DNA of 60,504 nt, from positions 1-60,504 of the IMG/VR virus record IMGVR_UViG_3300023210_000036. One strand, 5' to 3'. The DNA comes from a virus. Lineage: Duplodnaviria; Caudoviricetes. Positions 20,693 through 31,600 of the stretch are shown here, in pieces (within the stretch, counting starts at the first letter, position 1; every line of letters starts with the position of its first letter). A program made the translations under genes and the position numbers. A model generated the notes under the pieces. The model searched no databases. It had not been told where the DNA came from and saw only the letters and a list, made by a program, of their open reading frames with translations.

Positions 20693-21664
20693 TTAAACTG
20701 TTGCACAAGTAGAGCCAGGGGCTGCACTTGTAGATGTGTTTGTAGTTGTAGATACAGTTGGTCCCGATACTAATCTAGGATTTATAGGTGCATGGCTTAA
20801 AAACATATTATAGTAATTATGATATTGAGCTCTTCTATTAACTTCCCATAATTTTCTCATTTCTGCAAAGTCAGGAGTATTAACAAAACTTAAAGCATTA
20901 TTTCTAGCAGCTCTAAGCCTGGTCTCTACTAAATTCATTTGTTGAGAAACATTTTCTCCTTGCCAAATCATATTTTCTAAAATTCTTTGCTTAATGGCAT
21001 ACTCATAATACTCATTACAATAAGGTTGATCCAAGACTAATAAATCACCACTAGCTGATTCCATAGCACCCTGATAACTTAAATATACTTTTCCTGTTCT
21101 AAAAGTGGTTATTAAAAACCCGTCTACTATTTCAGCAATATCAGGAGCTTGTGCTCCTAGAGAAGGACAAAAACATGTTTTACTATTTACATCTTGAATG
21201 CGTAGTTGCATAAAAGTACTAAATGTTCTAAATTGATTTGGTCCAATTCTTTGGACTATTTGATAGCTGTTTTTATCCTCACATGATTTTATTACACATA
21301 CATCTTTGCATGCTACACCATCTACACAAGGAGCAACTTCACCTGGTGCAGGAACATAGGGGACATCATTAAATGTTTCTACATGTGTGCCTGAAGGCAT
21401 AGATGCGTTAATGTGATATTCACCACACAAAAATGCATAATTGAGAAATGCAAAATCCATGGGTAGTTGCCCTCTACCATGTTCAACATCAATGACAACT
21501 TCTTTAGTCCTGTGTATCTTTAAACCAAGATCATAATTTACTCTAGTTGCAACTTTGATAAGTTGTTGGGGCTCAATCATACCTTCTAAAGCATATGTAG
21601 AAAAATCAATAGATACGTCTTCCATTAATTGAGTGAACGTCCTGTATTTTTGTGATACTCCCAT
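20693..21664 (-). CDS. Tail tubular / ring protein
   Basis: Immediately upstream of the stabilisation gene; GKVYLSYQG...YYEYAIKQRILE pattern; synteny with crAss-like tail tube genes. Confidence 0.6.
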   Translation of the reverse strand: MGVSQKYRTFTQLMEDVSIDFSTYALEGMIEPQQLIKVATRVNYDLGLKIHRTKEVVIDVEHGRGQLPMDFAFLNYAFLCGEYHINASMPSGTHVETFNDVPYVPAPGEVAPCVDGVACKDVCVIKSCEDKNSYQIVQRIGPNQFRTFSTFMQLRIQDVNSKTCFCPSLGAQAPDIAEIVDGFLITTFRTGKVYLSYQGAMESASGDLLVLDQPYCNEYYEYAIKQRILENMIWQGENVSQQMNLVETRLRAARNNALSFVNTPDFAEMRKLWEVNRRAQYHNYYNMFLSHAPINPRLVSGPTVSTTTNTSTSAAPGSTCATV

Positions 21665-22335
21665 TATCTATGTATATTTATTTTGTTATCAGAATCTTCT
21701 GCAGGAACCTTCATTGTATTCATCATTGTATTGATGACTTGACTTTCTATTTCTGCAAATAATGCCTCCGGTATATATATTGGTTGGTTGTATCTAGGAG
21801 TGCAGTCATCTTCGGTATCACAATTCCATTTTGTAATATCTGAATTAAATACTCCTTCAAGTTTTAATGCATCCCATTCTATATTAGGTGAGTATATATA
21901 TCCATCTAACCACCAAAAATATCTTGTTGTATTGTACTTAAATGACGTTGTTTTAGTCATAGAGGTATATGTACCCGGTTGAGTAGCTTGAAGCTCCTGA
22001 GAGCCGTCTATGGAGCTTACAGTGCGTATAAGCGGTCCCCAATATCCTTCTATCATAGATGGCAACCTAACTTTACTTCTTTTTATGGTGCACCCACTGC
22101 TTATTCCTGAACAGTGCGCCTCTACTTTATCTACATCTACTAATTCAATATACGGTAGTGCTTTCCAGACAGAGTTAAATTTCATTAACTTATTAGCATA
22201 ATCTTGTCTGCGCATTAATACTTGGGCAAACTTTTCTATTAAGCTATATATATATCTGTCTGTAACATATGCATCTTGGACTTCTGCTTTAACTTGCCCT
22301 CTGATTCTTGATATTGCTTCTGCTATTGTTGACAT
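21664..22335 (-). CDS. Tail ring/adaptor protein
   Basis: MSTIAEAISRIR...TDRYIY start; overlaps the next gene by one base; synteny. Confidence 0.5.
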   Translation of the reverse strand: MSTIAEAISRIRGQVKAEVQDAYVTDRYIYSLIEKFAQVLMRRQDYANKLMKFNSVWKALPYIELVDVDKVEAHCSGISSGCTIKRSKVRLPSMIEGYWGPLIRTVSSIDGSQELQATQPGTYTSMTKTTSFKYNTTRYFWWLDGYIYSPNIEWDALKLEGVFNSDITKWNCDTEDDCTPRYNQPIYIPEALFAEIESQVINTMMNTMKVPAEDSDNKINIHR

Positions 22336-22340
22336 GTTCT

Positions 22341-22907
22341 TTATGTTTCAAATTCATTATAATTTTTTAAAGCTTCTTTTGTTTGTTCAATATTTGAATC
22401 ATATAAATGAGCAACTCTATATTTATTTTTCATAACCACATACTTTGTCCAGTTAGTTGGATATGTTTTAGCTACCGCTCTTTTAAATTCTCTACATGCA
22501 ACAAATCTCCATAGCTCTCTATTTTTATATCTATATCTTGTAGACCAGTTAGTGTAAAAGATTTTTCCTAAATTTCCATCAGTTTCCCAATTCTTATTTT
22601 GTAAAATTTTACCATGTTCATGGGATAAAGCATAATTCGGATTAATGGTTTTAGAAGAAGCACATGTTCCAATAAATAAATATCCTAATGAATCAGGGAG
22701 CTCTACCCCATCTCTGTGATTAATAACTGCATTCCATAGTTTTACATTATATAGTTTAATTATTTTTTTTAATTTATTATTATCAATATTGGAATATGAT
22801 GGCTTCTTATCTTTAAATTCTTTTATTGTTTCTTTATTTAATATACCCAATCTTTTTTCTCTATATCTAGAAGCGTTGAGATCGGGTTTTTTAAAATTGT
22901 TAATCAT
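22341..22907 (-). CDS. IHF/HU-like basic DNA-binding protein
   Basis: Very basic; DGVELPDSLGYLFI resembles the IHF beta-arm; IHF-like genes sit beside the ring genes in crAss-like phages. Confidence 0.5.
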   Translation of the reverse strand: MINNFKKPDLNASRYREKRLGILNKETIKEFKDKKPSYSNIDNNKLKKIIKLYNVKLWNAVINHRDGVELPDSLGYLFIGTCASSKTINPNYALSHEHGKILQNKNWETDGNLGKIFYTNWSTRYRYKNRELWRFVACREFKRAVAKTYPTNWTKYVVMKNKYRVAHLYDSNIEQTKEALKNYNEFET

Positions 22908-22965
22908 ATAGTTATATTTATAATTTACAAAAAAAACCCCACTTAATGAAATTTAATTGGTGCCA

Positions 22966-24189
22966 TTATTGTGCTTGGTATGTTAATTCACAAATATTCC
23001 CTATTAGTGGATCTTGTAACTCTAGTTTACCCGACCTTCTATTTCCAACAAATTTATTATGATAATGGTAATAATCTGTTTTTCCTAAACTGGGCAATGT
23101 CTTATGAATAAACCCTGTTGTTTCAGCAGTAGTCATATATTCTATTTTCCTTTCTGTATGGAAATGACCTGTAAATAAAGTTCTGTTAGTGGTATCACCC
23201 CATTGTTTGGGATATTCTGTTGCATAGACTAATGGTGTATTTTTACTTGGTTTATCACCATGCTCGAATGCATTGAAGTTATTGTGCCATATGTGAACTT
23301 TTCTTTCCTCATATTTTATATCCCAAGTAATTTCATCACTTTCTATAGACTTAGATAATGCATGGGCTAAATGATATGAGGATAATCTATCATGATTTCC
23401 GGGCACATATACCACTACTAATTTGTTACAAAATGCTTTAATATAATTAATTGCCCAATGCATTGCATCAAAGGCTTGTGTATATGCCTCTGTGGAGCTC
23501 ATACAGTTATCCAATGGTGTTCCTGCAGTAGTTGTACCATCAAAGGTGTCCATGTTGATTAGATCGCCTCCTACAACAAAATATAATTTTTCAATATAAT
23601 GTGATGTAGCTGCTCTTTGTAATAAATTGATAATTGTATCTTCAAAATCTTTATCAATTGTTTCATTACCTTCTTTACCAAAATGGATATCCTGCAAAGA
23701 CATTACTCCACAAACTTTTTGCCCACTTTTAATTTTAGATATATCTACTTTAGGTATTTTGTAAGTCTTGGGAGTCCAAGACTCTAATAATTCCTCAAGA
23801 TTACTTATTGAAATATCTTTCTTTCTTGATATTAATGCTGAAACTCTCCAATGGTCCCCCATTTGTTTATTCCAATACTGAGATAACTTCCAAATGGTAG
23901 TATCAATATTAAGTAAAGATATAATTTCTTCTGGAGACTTTGGTTCATGAGAAAATGTTCCGGATACTTTACCCTCTCCTTTTTCTAAATCAATAGCTTC
24001 AGCAATCTGTGCATTTTTAGATGCACCAAAAAAGAATTTATTTTTTTGTCTAACTTTTCTTTTTTCTGAAAGAACCTCTTGCTTGATTTCTAAATATTTA
24101 GATTCTGTAATTCCTAATTTAGCAGAACAGTATCTAGCATTCTTTTTCCATTTTAATGTTTCTGCAATTTGTTTCTTAATGTTGGCCAT
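22966..24189 (-). CDS. Calcineurin-like metallophosphoesterase with N-terminal HTH-like region
   Basis: All five motifs in order: DIHFG, GGDLIN, PGNHD, HGD, GHFH. Confidence 0.85.
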   Translation of the reverse strand: MANIKKQIAETLKWKKNARYCSAKLGITESKYLEIKQEVLSEKRKVRQKNKFFFGASKNAQIAEAIDLEKGEGKVSGTFSHEPKSPEEIISLLNIDTTIWKLSQYWNKQMGDHWRVSALISRKKDISISNLEELLESWTPKTYKIPKVDISKIKSGQKVCGVMSLQDIHFGKEGNETIDKDFEDTIINLLQRAATSHYIEKLYFVVGGDLINMDTFDGTTTAGTPLDNCMSSTEAYTQAFDAMHWAINYIKAFCNKLVVVYVPGNHDRLSSYHLAHALSKSIESDEITWDIKYEERKVHIWHNNFNAFEHGDKPSKNTPLVYATEYPKQWGDTTNRTLFTGHFHTERKIEYMTTAETTGFIHKTLPSLGKTDYYHYHNKFVGNRRSGKLELQDPLIGNICELTYQAQ

Positions 24190-24243
24190 AATAAAAAATT
24201 GTTAATTATCCAAAGATATATGAAAAGGTTTATTAAAACAAAA

Positions 24244-24267
24244 AGAGACTGAGTTACCCCAGTCTCT
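24244..24267 (-). terminator. Rho-independent terminator
   Basis: AGAGACTG/CAGTCTCT stem followed by a U-tract on the minus strand, after the 186-aa gene. Confidence 0.75.
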
Positions 24268-24321
24268 TCCAACTTGTGTGGTAGAAAACCAACAAACCAC
24301 CACTCTGTTGTTTTTATTATA

Positions 24322-24882
24322 CTATGTAGCTAAAGTAGAAAATAATATTTCAATTGGTTTACATGAGGATGAATTCGCTGAATCCACAACCTTTACTTTA
24401 TATGCTGTGCTGGCAGATAAATTTGTTATTGTATAGTTATTTATCGTAGTTACAATGGGCACAGTATTTTGAAGTACCCAGGCTCCAGGAGCCACTTGAG
24501 TATTAATATATATATTTATACCAGCACTAGAACTCCATATACCATTCCAAAGAACGGATGCTGTAGAGGCTGTAATAACACCCGCATAAACATTGTATGG
24601 ATCATGTTGTAGATCATTTGATGTACACGCACCCAAACCATTACTTAATATCATAGCAAATTTTTGGATAATTGAATCCAATCGCTCTCCTTTGGTTATT
24701 TGCAATAATGCACTTGGATCTCCAATTTGAAATGTAGTACCGCAATAACTCACACATTCTGCACATTGGATATCATCACATCTTTCACTACCCACACTGC
24801 AATCAGTATAGGTGCATGCATTAGTTAGAGCTGTATCAGAACAACTACACGTTACACTACATTTTGTACAATTACATGCCAT
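24322..24882 (-). CDS. Cys-rich protein with C-terminal FN3-like domain (virion decoration/fibre)
   Basis: Cys-rich N-terminus; YTITNLSASTAYKVKV is an FN3 signature. Confidence 0.6.
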   Translation of the reverse strand: MACNCTKCSVTCSCSDTALTNACTYTDCSVGSERCDDIQCAECVSYCGTTFQIGDPSALLQITKGERLDSIIQKFAMILSNGLGACTSNDLQHDPYNVYAGVITASTASVLWNGIWSSSAGINIYINTQVAPGAWVLQNTVPIVTTINNYTITNLSASTAYKVKVVDSANSSSCKPIEILFSTLAT

Positions 24883-24903
24883 TTTTATATCTTTTTATTT
24901 TTA

Positions 24904-27120
24904 TTAAGGGGTTGGGCCGCAGGCATTTGTTATTTGAGAAATAACTGATGTTGTATCATAATTTACAGTATAAGTACCACCAGTAGCTGTAGCCAACGTT
25001 CTCCAAGGATAGGTTGTTGTTCCTCCACTCGGTGTATATGGTTTATCAACTCCTTGACCTAATATAAAGACTTTAATTCCATTGGAAGCGCATGTTATAG
25101 CTAATGAATTTAGTCTAGTTACATCTGTAGCAGTAAACGCATCATCATCACCGCTTGGTAAATCATCAGTATAGATCAATACGTACTTTGCCACACCCGT
25201 TCTAAATGCTCCAAGTAATTGGTTAGATTCTACAATTAATCCAAGAGCCATATCTGTTGGTTCTGGGAAACCAGATCCCGCTCCTAAAGGCCAACCAGCT
25301 GTTGGAGAACCTGTATTAAGTTTAGCTAATTGTGTTTCAAAAGATGTTTGGTTATTAGTTTGGAACATCTCTACTGCAGTAATAAACTGATAATCAGATG
25401 ATCCTGTATTTATAATTCTTTGTGCTGATGGTAATGCTAAGTAATCAGTTGATGTAACATATGTCGGTGTAGATGAAGAGCTCTCATCAGCTAAGGCTAA
25501 TCCTAATCTATAGTCATTAGTTCCTGATTGAGTTATAATTTCAGCAATAATATCAGATATCCCAGTTTTAACACCGTTAACAACAGTACCCATACTAAAT
25601 GTATAGTCTAATAAAAATACTACATCTAGCCCAGAATTACATGCAGCTGCAGCAGTAGTAGTAGCAAACGTTGTTTGATTTGGACATATTTTTGTAGCAC
25701 CGTTCATAACAACAGTTATTCTAATGTTATATGTAGTATTAGGAGTTAATCCAGTAAATACATGTGATGGAGTTGCTCCAGGATTGCTTATTGTGGTTGT
25801 ATCAACTAATACACCTGTTAATGCATTAAGTATATCAATTGTATATGTTGCTGTTAAACCAAGTAAATTATTAAAGCCAACAGTTGCCGAAGTAGAAGTT
25901 AGTGATGTCACATTAACATTTGCTGGACAAGGTAATAAACCGTTGATAACTGTTGATTGATTTTCATTACATCTATTTTCACTTGTACTATCTGTTACAC
26001 AAAATGCAACTAAAACAGTTAAGTTTTGTTGAGTATTTAATGTATTCACTGCTAATGTAACTCCAGATGCATTATTCTGAAGTGAACTAACACTTACCGT
26101 ACTAGTTACTGAAAGTCCAGCAGCATCGGTTATTGTGATTACTGTTGATCCTGCACAATCATTAAATGATGCGGGAATACTACTTGTTTGAAAGTTAAAA
26201 GTTACACTTGCTATTTCTCCATTTGTATCCAGATTATTACTTGTACTATATCCAAATATTACTGCATCACATCCAGAAGGACAGCAGTTTAATTGTATGG
26301 AGGCTATAGCCGTATACATATCATCTATAACTACCCATGCATTTTGTACAGATTGTGCAAGATTAACAGGAGAACTATTCCAACCACCAATACTACCATA
26401 GTCACTTCCTGGATTAGTTAATTGAGAAGTTGCTGAAACAATAAAGCTTTGTTGAATAGTCAACAAGATTGCTGCAGGTAAACCTACTGCTGTCTCTAAT
26501 GTACAGAACCGAGCCTCTAAAGCAAGTAGTAATACAGATACATTTGTTAGGACAGCGGGCATTACACAAGTGGGTATAACTTGTGTTTCAACTACAGCAC
26601 CAGAACAAGGTAAAACGCATGCTTCTAAAATTACTAATCTTCCGGTAATATTTGTAAGAGCCGAGTTAAGAGTATTTATGCTTGATAGGTTAGTACACAC
26701 TTGATTAGCAATAAGTGTGGCAAATAAATCTAAACGTAACTCTGTTACAGGATTTCCACTAGCATCGTTGTACTGCAAACATGCAGGTAATGTCATTATA
26801 GGCAATTCAGTTTGTGGTGCAACTGAATTTGAGTTTGCACATATCTGAACAACCATGGATTGTAAGACAGGTACTAAAGTAGTTGGTGTTAATCCGGCTA
26901 TATTTAAACAAGTTAAATCTAGACCTGTAAGATTTGGATTAGCAGTAACACCACTAGTTATTAATGTGCATACTTCAGTAGCTAATTTATATACTACCTC
27001 TGTTACAGTATCGCCTGAACATAGATCTATACATGCAATATCGGGACCTTGCCATACAACACAATTTGATGATATATTATCACATCCATTTGTTGATATG
27101 CTTGAACTAGTTGGAATCAT
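24904..27120 (-). CDS. Cys-rich fibre-like protein with FN3 and C-terminal VWA domain (738 aa)
   Basis: SSNCVVWQGPDIAC N-terminus; FTGLTPNTTYNIRI (FN3); LDVVFLLDYTFSMG...PEPTD...YVLIYTDD...NGIKVF...LATATGG (VWA). Confidence 0.75.
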   Translation of the reverse strand: MIPTSSSISTNGCDNISSNCVVWQGPDIACIDLCSGDTVTEVVYKLATEVCTLITSGVTANPNLTGLDLTCLNIAGLTPTTLVPVLQSMVVQICANSNSVAPQTELPIMTLPACLQYNDASGNPVTELRLDLFATLIANQVCTNLSSINTLNSALTNITGRLVILEACVLPCSGAVVETQVIPTCVMPAVLTNVSVLLLALEARFCTLETAVGLPAAILLTIQQSFIVSATSQLTNPGSDYGSIGGWNSSPVNLAQSVQNAWVVIDDMYTAIASIQLNCCPSGCDAVIFGYSTSNNLDTNGEIASVTFNFQTSSIPASFNDCAGSTVITITDAAGLSVTSTVSVSSLQNNASGVTLAVNTLNTQQNLTVLVAFCVTDSTSENRCNENQSTVINGLLPCPANVNVTSLTSTSATVGFNNLLGLTATYTIDILNALTGVLVDTTTISNPGATPSHVFTGLTPNTTYNIRITVVMNGATKICPNQTTFATTTAAAACNSGLDVVFLLDYTFSMGTVVNGVKTGISDIIAEIITQSGTNDYRLGLALADESSSSTPTYVTSTDYLALPSAQRIINTGSSDYQFITAVEMFQTNNQTSFETQLAKLNTGSPTAGWPLGAGSGFPEPTDMALGLIVESNQLLGAFRTGVAKYVLIYTDDLPSGDDDAFTATDVTRLNSLAITCASNGIKVFILGQGVDKPYTPSGGTTTYPWRTLATATGGTYTVNYDTTSVISQITNACGPTP

Positions 27121-27180
27121 AAATATTTTTTTTACTATAATGCAATGTGATCTTACACTCTATACATTTATAATATACAA

Positions 27181-27224
27181 AAAATTTTAAAACCAAACAA
27201 GAAATGTCTGACTTTAAAATTTTT
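27181..27224 (-). terminator. Long hairpin, probable terminator
   Basis: Minus-strand RNA AAAAUUUUAAAGUCAGACA-UUUCU-UGUUUGGUUUUAAAAUUUU pairs fully with G-U wobbles, after the 91-aa gene. Confidence 0.55.
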
Positions 27225-27247
27225 AGTAAAATATATATGAGGAAATT

Positions 27248-27523
27248 TTATGCTTCTTCGTACACCTCTTCTTTCACTTCTTTTTCTTCTGAAGGGGAAA
27301 GAGCGCCATCTTCTAGACTGATATTTACAGACCCATATTTTTCTTCTAAAGTAGAACTTAGTACTTGCCATTCACCTTGCTTAACAACATGTTTGTTTAC
27401 TAACTGATTCTTAACCAGTTCAGCATTACCAATACTCATTAGTAGGTTATTAATTTCACCTTGAAGTTCTTTAACTTTTGCAAGTTCTTTTGATGTTAGC
27501 TTTTTAGCTTTTGATTTTGCCAT
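27248..27523 (-). CDS. Small coiled-coil protein
   Basis: Heptad pattern; LEEKYGSVNISLEDG; preceded by TATCTTTG. Confidence 0.7.
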   Translation of the reverse strand: MAKSKAKKLTSKELAKVKELQGEINNLLMSIGNAELVKNQLVNKHVVKQGEWQVLSSTLEEKYGSVNISLEDGALSPSEEKEVKEEVYEEA

Positions 27524-27575
27524 GGGAATGGAGTTTAAAAATTATTTTTATGTAACAAAGATAGTAATATTTTAT

Positions 27576-28160
27576 TTATTTCCAAGGGAGTTCATTAATT
27601 ATTTTATGCTCAGGCCAAACCTCTTTATATATTACTTCTTTTACACCTGCTAAATGATCACTTCTAAAGTGTTCTGTTAAGAAACGATTTACTTCTTTTT
27701 TAGTTAATGTACTATAATCTCTAGTAAGTATAGGATCTTCAATATGATTGGGTATAACAAACGTTGATTGCACGGCATGACTATTAGGTTCGTGATAAGG
27801 TTTTAAAGATTGGGGGATGACTAAAGTACCCCTAATTTCAAAAATTATTTCTTTAAGTAAACCCCGTTCATTAGTGCTTAGCGATATTACTTCTTGGTAA
27901 TATTTTATATAAAGATTTTTTTCTGGTAATACAACAGGAACTTTAGCAATTTTTTTTGTTTTAGTAACTGCCTTTTTTTTAGCAACAACTTTTGTTTTAG
28001 GTTTTCTAACTTTTTTTACAGTAACTTTAACAGGTGTTCCTGTTGCAAGTTGATCCATAGTTAAAAATCCTTCAACAACTTCCGTGTTCTTTTTTAATGA
28101 TACCTTTTTCTTTGAAGGCACCTTTTTCTTTTTCAGAGGTGTATTCTTTTTTTTGCTCAT
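27576..28160 (-). CDS. Hypothetical protein with Lys-rich N-terminus (possible tail-fibre assembly factor)
   Basis: Histone-H1-like K/V/P-rich N-terminal half; ends ELPWK; downstream of the tail fibre genes. Confidence 0.55.
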   Translation of the reverse strand: MSKKKNTPLKKKKVPSKKKVSLKKNTEVVEGFLTMDQLATGTPVKVTVKKVRKPKTKVVAKKKAVTKTKKIAKVPVVLPEKNLYIKYYQEVISLSTNERGLLKEIIFEIRGTLVIPQSLKPYHEPNSHAVQSTFVIPNHIEDPILTRDYSTLTKKEVNRFLTEHFRSDHLAGVKEVIYKEVWPEHKIINELPWK

Positions 28161-28167
28161 AATTTTA

Positions 28168-28647
28168 TTATTTACAGGTTCCCATTCTTGTCCATGTTAA
28201 ATTTGTACTGTGCCATGATCCTCGTGTTCCCCCACCTCCTTGTAATAAAACAGCATAAGTTCCTGTAGCTGCATATGTAGTACATGTAGAATTAGAATAT
28301 AGATAATTATTAAATATATCTGTAATATCTGGAGTATAGTATGTAGCTCCGTTTGCAGCACATGCAATAGTAGCAGTACTTCCATATCCCAATGTGACTG
28401 CAGTACACCCAGCACTTTGATCATAATCATACCATTCATCCATTGGCCAAGGTGTGGTTGTAGTAGGTACAGATGAACTAGCTGTATTTAAAGCTGGGTA
28501 ACTCATTCCTGATCCGCCAGTATTTCCCCCATTAATAAGATCTTCATATACAATCGGACCTGTAATAGAACCAGTCCCATAAGTTGAATAATATCTTTCT
28601 TGAGCTATACCCAACAATGTTAATGCGCCTGATGATGGAACTGCCAT
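28168..28647 (-). CDS. Small tail-fibre-associated protein
   Basis: MAVPSSGALTL start, a pattern common downstream of S74-bearing fibres; Gly/Thr/Cys-rich. Confidence 0.55.
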   Translation of the reverse strand: MAVPSSGALTLLGIAQERYYSTYGTGSITGPIVYEDLINGGNTGGSGMSYPALNTASSSVPTTTTPWPMDEWYDYDQSAGCTAVTLGYGSTATIACAANGATYYTPDITDIFNNYLYSNSTCTTYAATGTYAVLLQGGGGTRGSWHSTNLTWTRMGTCK

Positions 28648-28648
28648 A

Positions 28649-31600
28649 TTATTTTAGTTTTCTTTTTAAATCTGCTACTTCACTGGTAAGTTCTTTGACA
28701 GCTTCTATTAATAGTGGCACAAGCTTAGAGTAATCAACTGTAAGATAATCTTTACCAGATTTAGAAATATACTCTCCATCATCATTTAATTCATCCTCTA
28801 AGTAATCTATTGGAGCAAGACCCACTGCTTCGGGCAATACTGCGTTAACTGATTGGGCAGATAATCCAACTTGTTGTTTTTTATTATCAAAACCTAAAGA
28901 TTTTGCCAAATCATTTTCAACATAGGTAAATCCCTCAAGAGAATTAATTTTATCTAACGCATTTTCAATATTACCTGTTTTAGTTTTAAGTCTTTCATCT
29001 GAGAAATATGCAGTAATGTTACCTGTACAAACAAAGTCTTGATTTACTCTAGTATATGAACTACTGCATTGCAATCTTTGTGAACCACTGGTTGATACAG
29101 TCCATTGACCAGTAGTAAATTCCATTTTTGTAGTGGTGTCCCCCGTATGAGCAATAGCAGCTGGAACATATAAAGTAGAAGAAACAGTAACAGATCCTTG
29201 TAAAAAAGCATTACTTGTTACTACAAGTTGTCCTGTTATTACATTTCCATTGCTTGATATACTAGATAGTCCAACATCAGAAGGTGTAGTAGAAAATGGT
29301 AAATCATCAACATTGCAAAACAATACATCTTCAGCACCATCACTATATAATAGTTTATCATTTACATCAAGTGTAGTTCCTGTTGCATCCGTTGTTGCAA
29401 GGATTATATTAGACCCACCTGCATAATCTGGAGACACTGTTCCTGAACCAGTAAATGTTCCACCAGTTAAACCCTGACCTGTTCCTACACTTGTAACTGT
29501 TCCTCCACCTGCAACCCAAGACATAGTACCCGTAGTGGTAGAAGACAAGACCTTATTTGCACTTCCCGGAAGTTGAGGTAGTATATATGTTGCACCTGTA
29601 GCAAAAGTGTCAGGAGCTCTTAAAGAAATTGCTGTAGTACCATTACTTGAAATACCTCTAAGCTTTAATAAACTAGCGGTGGTTGAAGCAGCTGCTACTA
29701 TTACATCAGTTCCAAAGTAGGTATTACCTGCTGAAAAAATTGAAAGATAACCTCCAGAAGAATTCAGTATTGATAAAGTAGAACTAGATCCTAATGTTAA
29801 TGTCCTGCTTGTTGCAGCAGGTACAGAAAGATTTATAGATCCAATATTTGTATTTGCAGTTGCATATCCACTATCATTAGTCCATTGAGATATATTACCA
29901 CTCTTATTGGTGAATGTTTGAGTATTACTTGCCGTAGTAGTACCTGTATTAGTCGTGTAACCCTCACCATTGGTCAACTGATTGTTGTTGGTAGGGAAGC
30001 CTGTAGCCGTTAAGTTGCTCAGGCCATTTCTAGTCAACGTAAGTGTTCCACCTGAGTATGATGCACCACTCACATAGTAGTTGCTGTTATCATCATTTGG
30101 ATTAAAGGTAATAGTGTCAGTACTAACATCTGTCGTGATAGTCATACCACCCGCTGCAACTAGTGTTAATGTGTCATTATTGCTATCAGCAACCACTGTT
30201 GATTGACCACTTACTGCAATATTCTTAAATATGTTCTGTGATGAACCTTTGTCTGAGTTGGTTACCGTTACTGTACCACTTGTCCCACCACCACTAATAC
30301 CTGCACCGGCAGTAACGCCTGTGATGTCTCCTTGAGGTGCTAATGCTATAAGACTTGATATTGCAATCTCTTTGACCGTTGTGTCAGTGTTATCTTCATA
30401 CAGAATCTTGTCAAGCGTGGTTATCGTAGTGCCTGCTCCTGCGCCATCCACAAGGTTTCCTGACCCTGCATAGTCTACATTTACAGTTACGCCACCGGAA
30501 GTACCACCACCAGTTAATCCTGTGCCAGCAGTTACAGCAGTGATGTCACCTAGGTTGGTTGTATAACCGGAATCATTAGTCCACTGGCTAATATTGCCTG
30601 ACTTATTAGTGAAAGTTTGGGTATTGCTTGCAGTAGTTGTTCCTGTATTGGTTGTCCACCCCAAATTGTTATTGAATATGCTAAGGGGGATAGATGAAAT
30701 AAGTTGCTTGTTGTTTGTCGTGCCATTTACAGCAACCAAGCTATCTGTAGCAATCAATGTTCCACCTGCGCCTAATTCATTTAGGTCTAAGGATAGTGCT
30801 ATTGTTTGGGCAGCGGCTTGATTCAGTGTAAAGGATGTCGCACCATCAAGCCCTGTTCCTGTGGTGACTGTGATTGTAGAATTGTTTACCGTTGGCAATG
30901 ATGCAGAAGTGATGTACCCCGCGTCATTGGTCCATTGATTATTACTACCAGACTTATTGGTAAACGTCTGTGTGTTACTAGCGGTAGTAGTTCCTAAATT
31001 GGAAGTATAATTCGCAGGGTTAGTTGCATTATAAGGAGTAAACCCTAATCCACTTGTAACATTAGCTGACGTTAAAGATAACGTTCCTCCTAAAGTTATT
31101 GTACCTGTGCTTGTAATAGTACCTCCTGTAAGTGTTAAACCACTTACAGTACCAGATGTTCCTACACTTGTTACACCCGATGAAGTTGCATAATTTTGAT
31201 TTTTTACAAAGGCTGTAGATGCGGCATTTGTTGAATTATCAGTATTTGTCATGGTGGGGACAATGATTGCTGATGTAAATGTCTTTGTATTAGCAAGATT
31301 TTGATTACCCGTGGTTCTAATCACAGTTGCATCAACTTGTATATTATTTGCATTAGCTGTTATACCAGCCCCTCCCACAACATCTAATGTGGGATTTGTA
31401 GTAGAAGTGCCTGTCTGAGTCATACCAGCTCCGGCTGTTACAGATGTTACTGTACCTTGTGGATTACTAAATGACGTAGTTAAAGTACCAGCATCTTGTT
31501 GTGTAAGTGTTAATGTTATTGTAGAAGATCCTGAATCACTAAATCCAGTAATCATATTATCATATGCTGAATTAGATTCTGTTGATCCACCACCTGACCA

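Noticed and set aside
27168-27407. Two 67-aa ORFs around the 91-aa gene
   Set aside because: They overlap the real gene, its hairpin and a promoter motif; composition is not protein-like.
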